From a virus (Duplodnaviria; Heunggongvirae; Uroviricota; Caudoviricetes): a DNA stretch of 64,000 nucleotides. The notes beneath the pieces were generated by a model. It saw only the letters and a list, made by a program, of their open reading frames with translations. It did no database searches and had not been told where the DNA came from. The stretch lies in IMG/VR virus record IMGVR_UViG_3300010383_000113, positions 101,830 to 165,829 of that record; one strand, written 5' to 3'. A program made the translations under genes and the position numbers. Below are positions 62,760-64,000 of the stretch, one piece after another (position 1 is the stretch's first letter; every line of letters begins with the position of its first letter).

Positions 62760-63349
62760 GTCTCGCTCTCCTCTGTTCCGGGTGATTGGTTTAGTAGTTC
62801 ACGCAATGTAGCGACAGCGATGGAGACTGGCGGTTGTGAGGTGTGGGTGTTGATCTCGACCCTCCATTCGTTCGGCATGTCGGCCATGACGAGCAACAGA
62901 AGCGATCGGGCACCGTCCATCTGAGCCTTCGTTAAATTGTTGGCGTCACGGGCCTCGGTTGACGCTTGCTCAAACTTCGCCGCGAATGCCCGGGGCTTGT
63001 ATGAACGCACCTCGCCATCGGGCATGGTGACGATCCAATCACCTACGTCCACGGGGCACTTGCCGCTACGGGTTTGGACTCCTGGTAGTGGGACTCCATC
63101 GAAAGTACAGCCGACCACTGCGGGGTGATCTCCCCACTTAAACCATTGAATAGCTTCAACTTCGAATGACCTCGGTCGATATCGTCCAACATTCATTAGT
63201 CGAATTGCCTTTCGTCTTGGTACTTCCAACGCTCGGAGGATCTGATCTCCGGATTGGGCATTGTCGTCGCTGAGGAATGCTTTCGTCAGGGCGTGACTGT
63301 CTTGGTCGAGCAGTCTTCGGACTTCGGGCGACATGGGGACTTTTGACAT
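62756..63349 (-). CDS. hypothetical protein
   Basis: 197 aa ORF. Confidence 0.4.
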   Translation of the reverse strand: MSKVPMSPEVRRLLDQDSHALTKAFLSDDNAQSGDQILRALEVPRRKAIRLMNVGRYRPRSFEVEAIQWFKWGDHPAVVGCTFDGVPLPGVQTRSGKCPVDVGDWIVTMPDGEVRSYKPRAFAAKFEQASTEARDANNLTKAQMDGARSLLLLVMADMPNEWRVEINTHTSQPPVSIAVATLRELLNQSPGTEESET

Positions 63350-63385
63350 CAGTCTGTCGACCTTTTCTTTGGTTGGTCTAAGTGG

Positions 63386-64000
63386 TCAATGACGCAGTTG
63401 CAATTCGATACCGCTTCTTGACGTGCCCACCCCCTGCTCCTCTTCGCGTTTCTGATCGTACTTCCAGACGCCCCAGGCCACGGCCCAAAGGGCCCAGATC
63501 AGGCCGTATGAGGGAGCCGTCAGATTGTAGTCGTAGATGCTCTCGAAACCGAAATCGCAGGCAATCCTCGTCGCCTCTTCCTGGCCGTGGTCGGCATATC
63601 CCGCGACATCTGCCCCCTCAAGACGCTCGTCTTCCGTCCCGTCTTCTACCATCTCCATGATGGCCTCGCGGAAGCGTTCGGGGCTGTATCGCTCCATCCC
63701 ACGGCCGACGTCGGCGGCGACCACCTTCTCGCCCCAGTAGTACGGATTGATGGTCAGGGACGCTTGGGGCCCGGCCTGCCGGAAGAACTCGAACATGTCC
63801 TCCGTCCGCCGGAAGACGTAGCAGCCGAGGTCTCCGCTCAAGGCTAGGTGGTCGGGCCAGGTCGTCAGGCTGTAGCTGGAGAAGCCCGTGCCCGGCGTCG
63901 CGAATCGGATGTGGCGGTGGACGCCCTGGTCCAGGACCACCTCCATGACGTGGCCACGCACCTCACGCAAGAATTCCTCAAGGCTCGGCTCGAACTTCAC
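63386..64000 (-). CDS. hypothetical protein, 5' end beyond window
   Basis: partial; C-terminus KREEEQGVGTSRSG encoded through a motif copy at 63425. Confidence 0.4.
   Translation of the reverse strand: MKFEPSLEEFLREVRGHVMEVVLDQGVHRHIRFATPGTGFSSYSLTTWPDHLALSGDLGCYVFRRTEDMFEFFRQAGPQASLTINPYYWGEKVVAADVGRGMERYSPERFREAIMEMVEDGTEDERLEGADVAGYADHGQEEATRIACDFGFESIYDYNLTAPSYGLIWALWAVAWGVWKYDQKREEEQGVGTSRSGIELQLRH

Overview
This window is a high-GC (about 60%), densely coding region with almost all genes on the minus strand, and it looks like a large phage or phage-plasmid rather than chromosome. Identified content: class I ribonucleotide reductase alpha and beta, ThyX, dCMP deaminase, dUTPase, a deoxyribosyltransferase-like protein, two sigma factors (one ECF-type, one sigma-70 group), a Dam-like methyltransferase, Lar-like and Uma2-like proteins, an N-terminal macro-domain protein, two metallophosphoesterases, a papain-like peptidase, an SPFH lipoprotein, and many small hypothetical proteins, several as tandem paralog pairs. 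A plasmid-like maintenance block is present: RepA-like initiator with eight 21-22 bp iterons, and ParA/ParB with four regularly spaced palindromic parS-like sites. A Prs-like kinase sits beside a NAMPT-family gene that is split in two by an HNH homing-endonuclease gene and also carries a LAGLIDADG intein (NAD-salvage or NARP1-like module). Two more free-standing low-GC HNH genes are present. The single plus-strand island (17.5-20.4 kb) is bounded by an 800-bp divergent control region and a bidirectional terminator. The most unusual signal is a 13-15 nt asymmetric GC-rich motif (CGCCCTCCCTGCTMC, reverse complement GKAGCAGGGAGGGCG) present about 45 times on both strands, concentrated at gene junctions, often fused to a 5-7 bp GC stem with a GAA/TTC-type triloop, and sometimes placed 0-6 nt upstream of start codons. 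A second, orientation-consistent cgTCCTAyAAT promoter-like element precedes several minus-strand transcription units. No rRNA, tRNA or CRISPR was found. Coordinates are by eye and may be off by 1-3 nt; many starts are uncertain because the ORF track extends across GC-rich run-through.
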